From assembly GCA_000004985.1 (NCBI GenBank), contig GG738847.1: 64,000 bases of DNA. One strand, written 5' to 3'. A program made the translations under genes and the position numbers. Position 1 is the first letter of the stretch. Every line of letters starts with the position of its first letter. A model generated the notes under the pieces. The model searched no databases, was not told the DNA's origin, and saw only the letters and a program-made list of their open reading frames with translations. Source of the DNA: Naegleria gruberi. Taxonomy: Eukaryota. Below, in pieces: positions 54,478 through 64,000 of the stretch.

Positions 54478-55491
54478 ATGATCATACATCCAAGCACAAT
54501 CAAGGAGAGTCAGGATGATGTTATAAATGGCCTCATGAAAGAGGTAGAGCCAGAGTATCGTATAAAACCTACATATCTATTCAAAAAAGAATATACTAAA
54601 TGGATGAATCAGGGAAGTGCTCTAAATTTTGATCTATCCTATTCCCTTGGCAATAATCTTGATGAAAAACTACTTTTCACAATTGAGAATGTTATTCGTA
54701 TGAGTAAAATGGAGCAGTATCAAGAGTTATTTCGTTCCTTTAAATATGGAAAGCAAAGAGAATATGTGTTCAACTCAAATAAGGGTGAAAATGTTGGTCA
54801 TCAAACTCTACATGAAACAATCTCATCCCTTCAAAACTATAAAGAAGGGAATGAATTAAGCTCTAAGGAATCTAATGAAACCGTCAATACTCTCAAAGCC
54901 TTAGAATTCCTTAATGAAACAAGATCTGAAATGCTGTCAACTCTCAATGAATCAGAACTACATCACTCCATCATGCTTTTTGAGGATACCATTAAGGAAT
55001 GCCACTCCATCCTGATGAAGGGTCTTGTAGTGAATAATGGCCTCTACAGACAAAAGCAAGCGTGTGCAATGAGAGATGATAACACCCTTCTCTATTATGT
55101 AGATCATGATTTAGTAGCAGATCGTTGTGTAGGCCTCATAGATTATTACAATACAATTGTCGATGAATGCGTAGGTGAAGATATGTTCAATGTTGAAAAA
55201 TTATTCAAATTGGCTTCCTACTTGGCTTTTAACTTTGTAGACATCCACCCTTTTTCTGATGGAAATGGTAGAATGGCAAGATTATTGGCTAATTATGTTC
55301 TTTCTCTTCACCTTCCATTCCCTGTCACATTTTCAAATGATAGAAAGGAATATATAGCAGCAGTCGAAACTTTTAGAAATTCACATCCCCAACAATTTAC
55401 AGTCATGTTGATGGAAAATGCATTTCAATCCTGTTTGGACTTTTTGAAAAGCAATAACCTAAATAATGACAAATACAATCACCAAATTTAA
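54478..55491 (+). CDS. Fic (filamentation induced by cAMP) domain protein, a putative AMPylator/adenylyltransferase.
   Basis: Canonical Fic active-site motif HPFSDGNGRMARLLANYVL (HPFx[DE]GNGR). An upstream helix contains FTIENV, a candidate inhibitory-helix glutamate. 337 aa. Confidence 0.8.
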   Translation: MIIHPSTIKESQDDVINGLMKEVEPEYRIKPTYLFKKEYTKWMNQGSALNFDLSYSLGNNLDEKLLFTIENVIRMSKMEQYQELFRSFKYGKQREYVFNSNKGENVGHQTLHETISSLQNYKEGNELSSKESNETVNTLKALEFLNETRSEMLSTLNESELHHSIMLFEDTIKECHSILMKGLVVNNGLYRQKQACAMRDDNTLLYYVDHDLVADRCVGLIDYYNTIVDECVGEDMFNVEKLFKLASYLAFNFVDIHPFSDGNGRMARLLANYVLSLHLPFPVTFSNDRKEYIAAVETFRNSHPQQFTVMLMENAFQSCLDFLKSNNLNNDKYNHQI

Positions 55492-55702
55492 ATGTAGCAA
55501 TGAAAATTGTTGAAACTGACGATCCTATCACTAGTTAATAATAAAAATTTCGAGTTGTCAGTTCCATTCACTCATTTTTTTAATAATTGATTTGAAAATA
55601 ATTTTAATATTTACTGGATGATTTTATTACAATTATTGTGCAATAATATCGGAAAAGATCGGATTGGAAAGGGAAATATTTGGTGAGAAAATGTTAGATA
55701 GT

Positions 55703-56522
55703 TTAGAATTCGTCATCTTCTGGGATGGCAGTAGATTCAGCAAGCTTTTGCAATTCTTCTTCGTATTGCTTCATGACGTTCATGTCAATAGCAACTTCAG
55801 CAGGTGCCATAGCTGGAGCTTCAGAGAGACCCAAATTTGGATCACCAACAATCTTTCTAGCCAACCACAAGAATGGCTTTTCAAAGTTGTAGTTACTCTT
55901 AGCAGAAACATCATAGTATTGGAGATTCTTCTTTCTGTGGAAGTTGATAGATTTTGGCTTAACCTTTCTGTCAGCAACATCGACCTTGTTACCACATAAA
56001 ACGATTGGAATGTTTTCACATACTCTGACAATATCTCTGTGCCATGTTGGAACGTTCTTATAAGTAGCACGAGAAGTAACGTCGAACATGATGATGGCAC
56101 ATTGTCCTTGAATATAATAACCATCTCTCAAACCACCGAACTTTTCTTGGCCAGCTGTTGTTGTTGTTTAAGAATTAATAAATGACAAGATTAAAATCAA
56201 CATCAAAATACAAATTAAAAATTGAATATTAATATTACTAGGAGGAATAACAAGATTTTAACTTACCAGTATCCCAAACGTTGAAGCAAATAGGACCTCT
56301 AGTAGTGAAGAAAGTCAAAGGGTGAACTTCAACACCGACAGTGGCAATATACTTCTTTTCGAATTCACCAGTCAAGTGTCTCTTGACAAAAGTGGTTTTA
56401 CCAGTACCACCATCACCGACTAAATTATTTGATTGTTGATGTATCCAATTAATATTTTCTTCATCACTTTATTACGTACCGAGTAAAAGCTTGAAAGTTG
56501 GAACTTGATTTTGTTGTTGCAT
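55703..56522 (-). CDS. RAN: GTP-binding nuclear protein Ran. Three exons: 56480..56522, 56267..56419, 55703..56154.
   Basis: [51 protein letters not shown]...[32 protein letters not shown]...NKVDV...DPNL...EDDEF. Introns are 60 nt (GTACGT donor) and 112 nt (GTAAGT donor). Phases close to 216 aa. Confidence 0.9.
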
Positions 56523-56886
56523 GTTGGGATATTTTTTCAGACAAGAAATTTTTGCACCCAGCACTTTAAAGCTTCCACGACTGTTTTTTCCCGCCACAGA
56601 GAAATTCCTTTGGGTAGAATTTTATTTTTGTAATTTTTTACTTTGAATTGTTCATGACTAAAGCTTTGGAGGGAATTCTATTACCATAGTTTCTTAACTT
56701 AGCTGATAGAAACAAATTGTTTTTGAATAACTTGAAGCTAATCATATTATCAATTGATTAGAAATTGCAAACAGACATTAACTTGTTGAAGTGTTCAAAA
56801 AACCAAGTTCCGAATCTATAAAAAAAATTAATGCCTCTCTGAAAGCAATAAATCAATTCCGAAATATTAGTACCACCATCAACAAG

Positions 56887-59267
56887 ATGACCTCTCAATT
56901 TAGACAATGTGTGGAATGTGGTGCACCATTGGGTGCTTCTAAAGTTTGTGGATATTGTGGTTTTGGTAGCAAAGGAAATAGAGTGACATATTATTTGGAA
57001 ATAGGAGACCAAGAGGATGATACTCACAATTTTGCTTACATGACTGGTCAACAGGAAAGAGAACAAACAAGTAGGGATGTTTTTACATTTTCAGATTTCG
57101 GAACATCTCAATCCTTGGAAGAATGTTGTGAACAGAATAGCGGATATTCTTTTATATTTTGCTTTCAAAGGGTTCTACAATATCAGGTGGATTGTCTTGT
57201 GGATAAATTAAAATTTCCACCAATTTTGAGGAAGGCCGTTGCTGATATTTGGTTGGATTATGTGGATGAAATCAAATAGTAGGTGTTAATTTGATTATTA
57301 TTATTTATTGGAATTTTTCAATTTTAGTAAAAAACCCCTACTGAGAGGTAAAATCAACAAGAAGAATTTACTTGCAGATATGAGAGAAAAATTACATAGA
57401 TTTGTAAAAGTAAATAGTAGAGCTTTGAGAAAATTATATTTGAGGAAAGAGGTGACATTTGTTGGATTTTTATTGCCAAAACTCAAACCTTATGACACTC
57501 TTATTTTTATTTATTTGGCGTGTGCAACAATAGGTCACCCAGTTATGCTCTCTGTTCTGAGACATTGGGCTATGAATTCTACTCTCCCATATAGAAGAGT
57601 TTGTACCGAGCTATTTTCTAATGATCCAAGATTTAGAAAATATAGTACTAACACATTTTCATTCAACATGTACACGGAAGATAACATGGCATCCAATGTA
57701 AGTTATATTAGGAATTTTTTCAATAACCTTTTCAAAGTTTCGTGAGGGCGACATTCCAGATTGTAGAGCATTATGGTCCAGAGTGAAAAAACTTTCGATC
57801 AGAAAGATTAAGGATTCTTTTTTGAAAGAAACATTTGTATCCATTCCTGATTTGAATTGTCAGATATTATTGGATAGATTTTATAAATTGATTCTGCCGA
57901 ATATACCACAAGATGAATGTGACACATTGACAACATACACATGCAGACTCATAAGAGCTTATAGAGCCAATAATGAACCATCCTCAACTCATATTGAATA
58001 CGAAAGTGAAACCTCTACAATACCTTTTTGGAAGAATCCACTCTCAGAACGATTCATCTCTCCATGCATGTTTGTAACTTGCTTTGTTTGCCTTACTCTC
58101 AAATTATGTTTTGGATTGGATAGATCTCTAGATTCTAATAGTACTGCTGTACATCCCAAGTGGGCGCAATATTTTGTAAATATTAACAAGAATTTTTCGA
58201 GACAGAATAGAGGTGGAATTCTCATCAATGACAAACCACTTCGAATTCAATGCTCAGAGGATACCATGTCTCTTTCGAATTTCCTCCAAATGACCATTCA
58301 GGAAAAGACATTTCACCACACCTTATTGAGAAGCTCACTTCACAAACAACTTTTCAAGGCAAATAACTTACAGGCTGGTATCAAGGCAAATACTCTCTTT
58401 CTTGCAGAGATGAATATTCAAGGTTTACAACCTCTCTTAAAGGAAATGGAAGAATTATATGGAGAGGAATCAAATCAAGGTTCTTACAACTTGCCTCTCC
58501 CATCTGTAAATTATATGAAGAACAAATCTCAAGAATATAGACTCTTGTTTGATATTGGAGAGGGTGTGAAAAATAACAAGTATTTCGATTGGAATTATTT
58601 ATTACAATCCATTTGTTGGTTTATGGGTATTGATCCTCACTCAAAGGGATACAAAGATGAGGTTTTACTTACAAAAGAGGATTCAGATGAATCATTCCCA
58701 TTCAAAACATTGTTAAATCATTTCGTAACAATTATTGAAGCTATTTTATTGGGAGTGGGAGGAAACAACTTGTCAAATAATAAGACTCACCCTTACGGAC
58801 TATCGATTTACTCTCTAAGAAAATTGGCAACTATTCGAAAACCCATTCTGGATGATGAGTCTCTCTATCAACTCGAAAGAAGCACAGGTATATTCAACAA
58901 TGAGTATAATAGAGATTTGTGGGATCTCTTCTTACCAATTCATCAAGTGTTATTCCCAGATATTGATTATAGAAAGAGTTTCTCAGATCACTCTCAAATA
59001 ATCACAGTGGAGGTGGAGGATGAATCTCCTCAAGAATTCTTAGTCACTGAAGATGATGATACTGGCTCAACCAACAACAATCAAAGAACAATAATCAACT
59101 CACACTTCCTTCAAATATGTGAGAATATTATTGAAAAACCAGAACATCCACAATCCTTCTCATCAACCCTACAAACTACCACTCTATTCTCTGAGAGTTA
59201 TCATGTCTTTGGTGAGAAATCACTTGAACATGCTCTTCAACTTGCATACAACGTACTCTCAAAATAA
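56887..59267 (+). CDS. Protein with an N-terminal TFIIB-type zinc ribbon, possibly in the Rrn7/TAF1B/Brf family. Three exons: 56887..57278, 57328..57697, 57738..59267.
   Basis: Zn-ribbon CVECGAPLGASKVCGYCG near the N-terminus. Introns are 49 nt (GTAGGT...TTTTAG) and 40 nt (GTAAGT...CAAAG); phases close to about 764 aa. The family assignment is tentative. Confidence 0.3.
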
Positions 59268-59334
59268 ACTCGACAGCTTGGGAAACCGACTTTGTAGTAA
59301 TAAGTGGGTGATGATAAATACAACCTTAAAAAAA

Positions 59335-62300
59335 ATGAGAAAGAAGAAAACTATTAATGCAAAGGCTATCAAGCAGGTACTAGAAAAACTTCAACAACGA
59401 TACAAAGTATTCTCTTTTGAGGATTATGATCGGAAGACGAAATCGGATGGAAATGTAGATATGGAGAGGGATTTGATTTCAATGGAAAGATTAGATGCTC
59501 AATTTCATGTATGTTATCTTGTGGGGTTGTATTTATAGTATCAAATAATTGTAGAAATATGATATTGTGAGTGCAATTTTATCACACATAGAGAGTGTTT
59601 TTACAAAAGATGTAATTCAAAAAATCAATGAAAAAGGAGAGGATTCTTTGCTATTTGATATCATGTCTGGAAGTGTAAATTTTGGGAAAGAATTATCAAG
59701 CTCTCCAAAGTTTGAACATTTGCTAGTTCAAGTTTTGGCCGAGGTTGACAGAGCAATTATCGAGTTCAAAGAACATGGGTGGAGAGAAAGGAAGGGAGCA
59801 AAATCTAGTCATACTAATGTAGACTCTCCTTCTGGAGACTCAGAATTTTATTGGGAAAACTTTGTCAATCAGACAAGTCATATTAGTGACAGCTCAGAAA
59901 GAAGAAAGGAATTGGCTCTTCAATTAGGAGATCAGAAAAATGAAAGGACTATTAGATTGGCAGCTTGTGAGGAGCTCCATAAAATGTTTGCAGGTGATAT
60001 AGTATCGAATGAGTATTGGAATATTGTATTGGAGAATGTGAAAAATGGATTAGAGGATGAGGACGAGGAAATTAGATTGTTGTGTGTTGAAATGCACAAG
60101 AACTTTTTCAAAGTTTCTCCTCCAGAGACAACAGCAGAGATTCACTTGAATCTTTTGGATTACCTACTTTTAGAATGTAAGAATACGAACAAGGAGACTA
60201 TTGAACATATTGAGGCTAACGTTACACTACTTGAATGTTTTAAGGTTTTAATTCAATTTAATTATGAATTGCCTAAGAACTGGCTTTGTTTTTTTGGCGA
60301 TACCTCAAAAATATTATTAGAAAAAACCTTCGCTCTATTTTCTTATGTGACAGCCTACCATTATCAATGTTATCTTGACACTGAGGCTGAGTGGTTTTCG
60401 GCTTGGATGAAGGAGTACAAGATTCGTAAGAAAGTGATCAAAAATATTATGAAGAGCGACTTTTTGAATAGAATCTATGAGGGGTTGAACAGTACTTCAA
60501 AGGATCAAAAAATTATGAAATACTTTATTCTTACCCATAGTTCGGCTGTTTGTGCTCAATTACTTCAGCATAGAGAATGCAAAGCCATTCTCGATCACTC
60601 AACAGCTATCAACAAACTATGCGAGTCTTTGCTCAAAGCTATCAGAGAGCAAGAGGGAACTGTTATTGATTCTGGGCACTACAGAAGACTATTGGCTGTC
60701 ACTCAACAGGCCCTCACAAATGTTCATGAGGTATTTTCAGATGTGGACTATGTTTCCTTACTGCTTAAATCTTTTAAAAAACCAAACGTGATTAACGCCT
60801 TTACCGAGCAATTTATTATAGCAATTTGCGACATTTGTAAATGCTCCATAACGAAGAATAGAAGCCTATTTTCAAAAGATAAGGTTAAACTTACTGGAAT
60901 GTTTGATTTTTTGAGAACTATTATGGATTCACCAGAACTACCATCTGAAATAATGAAACACGTGTTGGAGATCATTGAATCAATATCCCAATATGAGGAA
61001 TTTTATGACACCTTAGAATCAACTGATACCTTAAACTTGGTGCTGAAGCATCAAAAGAACTTTTACGACAAGATCATCTATTTGCTTATTGGAATGCACA
61101 AATTCACCAGAGGTATGAATCTAATTCTCCAACACAAAATGATGGAGGAATGCGTTGAACATATATTTTCATTGTAAGTTTGAACAATTTGAATTCCAAT
61201 AATTAATAATCGTGAAAAATATCAGAGCCCTCAAATACTCCCCAACAAACTGCTTCCTAATTTCTCAAATGTGCAATGTACCTCAAGCACTTTCAGACAT
61301 TTCTCAAAATTATATTATAGATCTAATAGAGAAAGACAAGATGGTGTATGACCAATTTGAGTGGTTGCCAGAAACTGAAAAGAATGAAACAGGATTCCTC
61401 AGATATGACCTCGTTCACTGTATTCTTATTTCACCATTTTCTTTCTCAGAAAAAAGCGTAACGGATAGGTTGTGGAATGACTTTATTTTGCAACCTTATG
61501 AATGTGATTCAGTTGTAAGTATACTTCAAAAAATCATAATCTAAACCTTTCAGTATGGCCTAAGACTACTTCAGAGTGTGATAAACAATCTCAACTCAGC
61601 TGCAGACATGTACAACAACGATACCTATTGGAGCAGATTAATCCAAATATCTTCTACTGATGAGTCTGAGATTGTGGATGAACCAACTTTTTTGAGAGAC
61701 TCAATTATAAGATTTTGTGTAACTGTGGGTGGAAAACAGGAGAGAGGTGAGGAATCTAAATTCAAAATTGAGAGAATTTCAGTATCGAATTCACAAGGAT
61801 CATGCTCCAGTCTGGGTGAAGCTCTGTCTTCAAGCTCGGTTGTTGGATTGAGATCATTTATTGGAGAGTCTTGTCTAGTTTCAATATCTGTCAATTCGAA
61901 GGAGCTTCAGGAATTTGGAAAAATTAATTTAGGAAGATTTGGAAGAAAGTTTTCCTCTTCTTATTTCAAATCTATATACGGAAAAGATGTGGAACCTCTG
62001 GAACACATACCTCTTAGTTGGTCTAAGATTCTCAGTATACTCTTGTTTGGAGAGGTTCAACAGGCTAGCTCCTTCATCTCTAATAATCCATTCTTAGACC
62101 TTATCAGCAACAACCAAGAGGTCATACTAGAGATTGCCTCACAAGTTGAAAAAGTACTCTACAAAGAGTATCCTACTCATTTCAATTCTTATATTTTGTG
62201 TGGACTAAGCATAACCAATGTTGTAACGAGATGGTTGAGACAATTGTTTTTCAACTTTTTAGATTTGCGATGTATCTTCCAAATGCTGGCTATTGTCAAA

Positions 62301-62519
62301 GAGTTTGGTCTTGAGTCATTAGTTTTCTTCTGTGTCCTTTTCCTTAAAGAGCAGTCAAGCTTTGAATTCTGCCAAGAGTACAAACTTGAAGCTTGGACAC
62401 ATTGTGTATATGACCCAATAGATGTTGATTCAGAATGGTTGGTCTCAAAATTTGAGAAGGAATTCAAAATACTTCGCGAAAAGTATACAGTAAGGCTGAG
62501 CTTTGAAAAGAGTAACTGA
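59335..62519 (+). CDS. Large helical-repeat (ARM/HEAT-like) protein of about 1014 aa, hypothetical. Four exons: 59335..59508, 59555..61173, 61226..61514, 61554..62519.
   Basis: Introns of 46, 52 and 39 nt, all with GTATGT/GTAAGT donors and AG acceptors. Phases close. Start context aaaaaaaATG. No family recognised. Confidence 0.45.
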
Positions 62520-62635
62520 AACATATTTGAAACACTCAAGGCCGTACAATAGCCAACCAATGAACAATGAATCTCTCAATAAAATTCCAATGGGCGCAAC
62601 ACATCGGTTAAAAAAATTGATTCAATACATCATCT

Positions 62636-64000
62636 ATGGAAAAATACACGATTATTGAGGATTTTGAGGCTAAGGTCGCCTCTCTAGCGAGCCATGGTAA
62701 GTGATTATTAAATAATAATATAATTGTTAAATATGATTGTTTTTTAACAACAGACAAATATTTGTGGATTGGTGGAAATGATGGGAAATTGTACATGTTT
62801 ACTATTAATGAAAATTTGGAAGGGATAACAAAATATAGTGCTACTCTATTGAAAAAGAAGACAGTGGCTGTTAAGAAGGGAATTACCAATCTCCAAGTAG
62901 ACCCTCCACATAAAAAGCTTTTTGCTCTCGTAGATTCAACGGTTTGTGTTTACGATATGACCACCCTTACTCACCTTGAGGTAGGTTTTTCAATTTATTA
63001 TTTAAATCGGATCACCAACAATGAAAGACATTGGAAGCAACAAGAGGAGCAACTTGTTATGCTATCAATAAGAACTTCTCTCACGAGTTAGTTGCTGTTG
63101 TAAAGAGAAAGATGGTTGTTTATGATTATAGAGAACATACAGAAGTTGTAAGAGAAATCAAAGTACCGGGCAATGATAATGTTGTTGGAGTTGAATGGAT
63201 GAAAAAAACAATTTGTTTAGGATTTAAAAGTAAACACGTAATGCTTAATTATCAGACCGGAGAAGTTGATGAAGATTTACAAAAACTTCAATTAACAAAC
63301 ATTGTTTCGGATGAATATAGCATTTATGGATGTTTTGTTAAAATTATTGGAATGACGTCAGGAATTCAATGGAAAGAAACTCCATTAATTGTGAGCATTT
63401 GTTTCCCATTCCTTTTGGGTATATCTAAAAACCATATTGAAGTATATAATATGTACGAGAAGAGATTTGATGAAACTCTTGAGAACAATAAGGCATTTAT
63501 GTCGTCAGATCATATCCAAAAAGTTTTCACAGCAAACAAAGATTCAGTTTATTTACTAACCCCTAAGCCAATTGATCAACATATCAGTGATTTAATAGAT
63601 AAGATGAGACTTCTTGAAGCTTTTGGTTTGTTTGAAAAGACATTTCAAGGAACCAAGAAGGAAAAGGAAAGAAAACTTTATATTTATGAGCAACAAGCCG
63701 GTTTTGCCTGTTTCTTTAGAACAAGATTTAAGGAAGCTTTTGCCCACTTCAATAAGAGTAGGATTGATCCCAGAGAAATTCTCTTTTATTTTAAAGACCT
63801 TGTCGAACCAACCTCGATATTTGTGAGCCAGAAATCAAAAGGAGATTTGAAAGAAAAGAGTAAGTGTTTGCTCCAATATTTTATTTAATTCAACCTTTCA
63901 TTCAGTCAAAAAGGCTATGGAGCAGGAAGGTGAAGATACAGCTCCTGTTAAAATTGAGGTCAGAATTAAGAACGCCAAGAAAGCATTGCAAGAGTTTTTA
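62636..64000 (+). CDS. VPS39: Vps39/Vam6/TGFBRAP1-family protein (HOPS/CORVET-type). Only the N-terminal CNH-domain region is in the window, and the CDS continues past the right edge. Exons: 62636..62696, 62754..62980, 63028..63859, 63906..>64000.
   Basis: Colinear similarity to the Vps39 N-terminus (LWIGGNDGKLYMF; NLQVDPPHKKLFALVDSTVCVYDMTTL; HELVAVVKRKMVVYDYREH) and to the region ...LEAFGLFEKTF...YIYEQQAGFACFFRTRFKEAFAHFNKSRIDPREILFYF. Introns of 57, 47 and 46 nt. Confidence 0.6.

Noticed and set aside
54478-55491. Fic protein as a prokaryotic-style toxin-antitoxin or defence module.
   Set aside because: The surrounding genes are unambiguously eukaryotic and spliced. No partner antitoxin-like ORF is present.
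55664-56131. Alternative-frame ORFs 55664..55999 (+) and 55780..56124 (-) at the Ran locus.
   Set aside because: They overlap the highly conserved Ran exon 3 out of frame or antisense.
59119-59538. ORF 59119..59538 (+) overlapping the 3' end of the preceding gene.
   Set aside because: Its first 72 codons overlap the upstream CDS (ending at 59267) in another frame. The genuine start is the ATG at 59335 in an aaaaaaaATG context, which begins the next multi-exon gene.
19997-63031. Apparent start codons, reported as M in the ORF track, at 19997, 35628, 57783, 61212, 61578, 62762 and 63031.
   Set aside because: These are TTG/GTG codons or internal positions. The segments are internal exons joined to upstream exons by in-phase GT...AG introns.
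1-64000. CRISPR arrays, transposons, IS elements and large tandem or inverted repeats.
   Set aside because: None was found on reading the sequence. The only repeats are coding microsatellites (poly-E, poly-Q/N) and the 16-nt direct repeat at 16.0-16.2 kb.

Overview
This window is a very gene-dense, AT-rich (roughly one-third GC) stretch of eukaryotic nuclear DNA. It is not prokaryotic: there are no CRISPR arrays, operon-type defence systems or IS elements. All three standard stop codons are used. Many start codons sit in an A-rich context (aaaaaaaATG), and spliceosomal introns are tiny and uniform at 38-115 nt, mostly 40-57 nt, with GTAAGT/GTATGT/GTGAGT donors and (Y)AG acceptors. About 36 protein-coding genes, one of them a partial copy, and two tRNA genes fit in 64 kb, with intergenic spacers from under 30 bp to about 400 bp. 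Several products are ciliary or flagellar: NME5-type NDK with a Dpy-30 motif, a BBS-type chaperonin-like protein, and a CFAP43/44-family WD40 coiled-coil protein. There are also voltage-gated Slo/BK-type K+ channels, LMBRD2, an E2F-like promoter palindrome and an animal-type sulfite oxidase. The source is therefore a ciliated or flagellated microbial eukaryote or a very compact small metazoan, not a yeast-like fungus. I cannot name the species. Confidently recognised genes are a Slo/BK channel present as two tandem paralogs, ATM/Tel1 kinase, serine palmitoyltransferase LCB2, sphingosine-1-phosphate lyase, sulfite oxidase, mitochondrial EF-Ts, Erv1/ALR sulfhydryl oxidase, Ran GTPase, a Fic-domain protein, RidA, D-serine-dehydratase-like, LMBRD2, Vps39-like, NME5, a DnaJ protein, an MRPL44-like RNase-III-fold protein, tRNA-Arg(TCT) and tRNA-Asn(GTT). 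The most interesting observations are: (i) a convergent, physically overlapping D-serine dehydratase / RidA pair sharing a palindromic TTAA stop, which is a functionally coherent PLP-enzyme plus enamine-deaminase couple; (ii) extreme compaction, with a 27-bp spacer between the CFAP43/44 stop and the ATM start that contains AATAAA; (iii) tandem BK-channel paralogs bracketing a BTB gene with GGCGCC palindromes in the divergent promoter; (iv) both sphingolipid pathway end enzymes within 5 kb; and (v) an unusually long, ORF-poor 0.8-kb island at 15.9-16.7 kb with a 16-nt direct repeat and a start-less 86-codon open frame, a candidate for an unannotated ncRNA or small gene.
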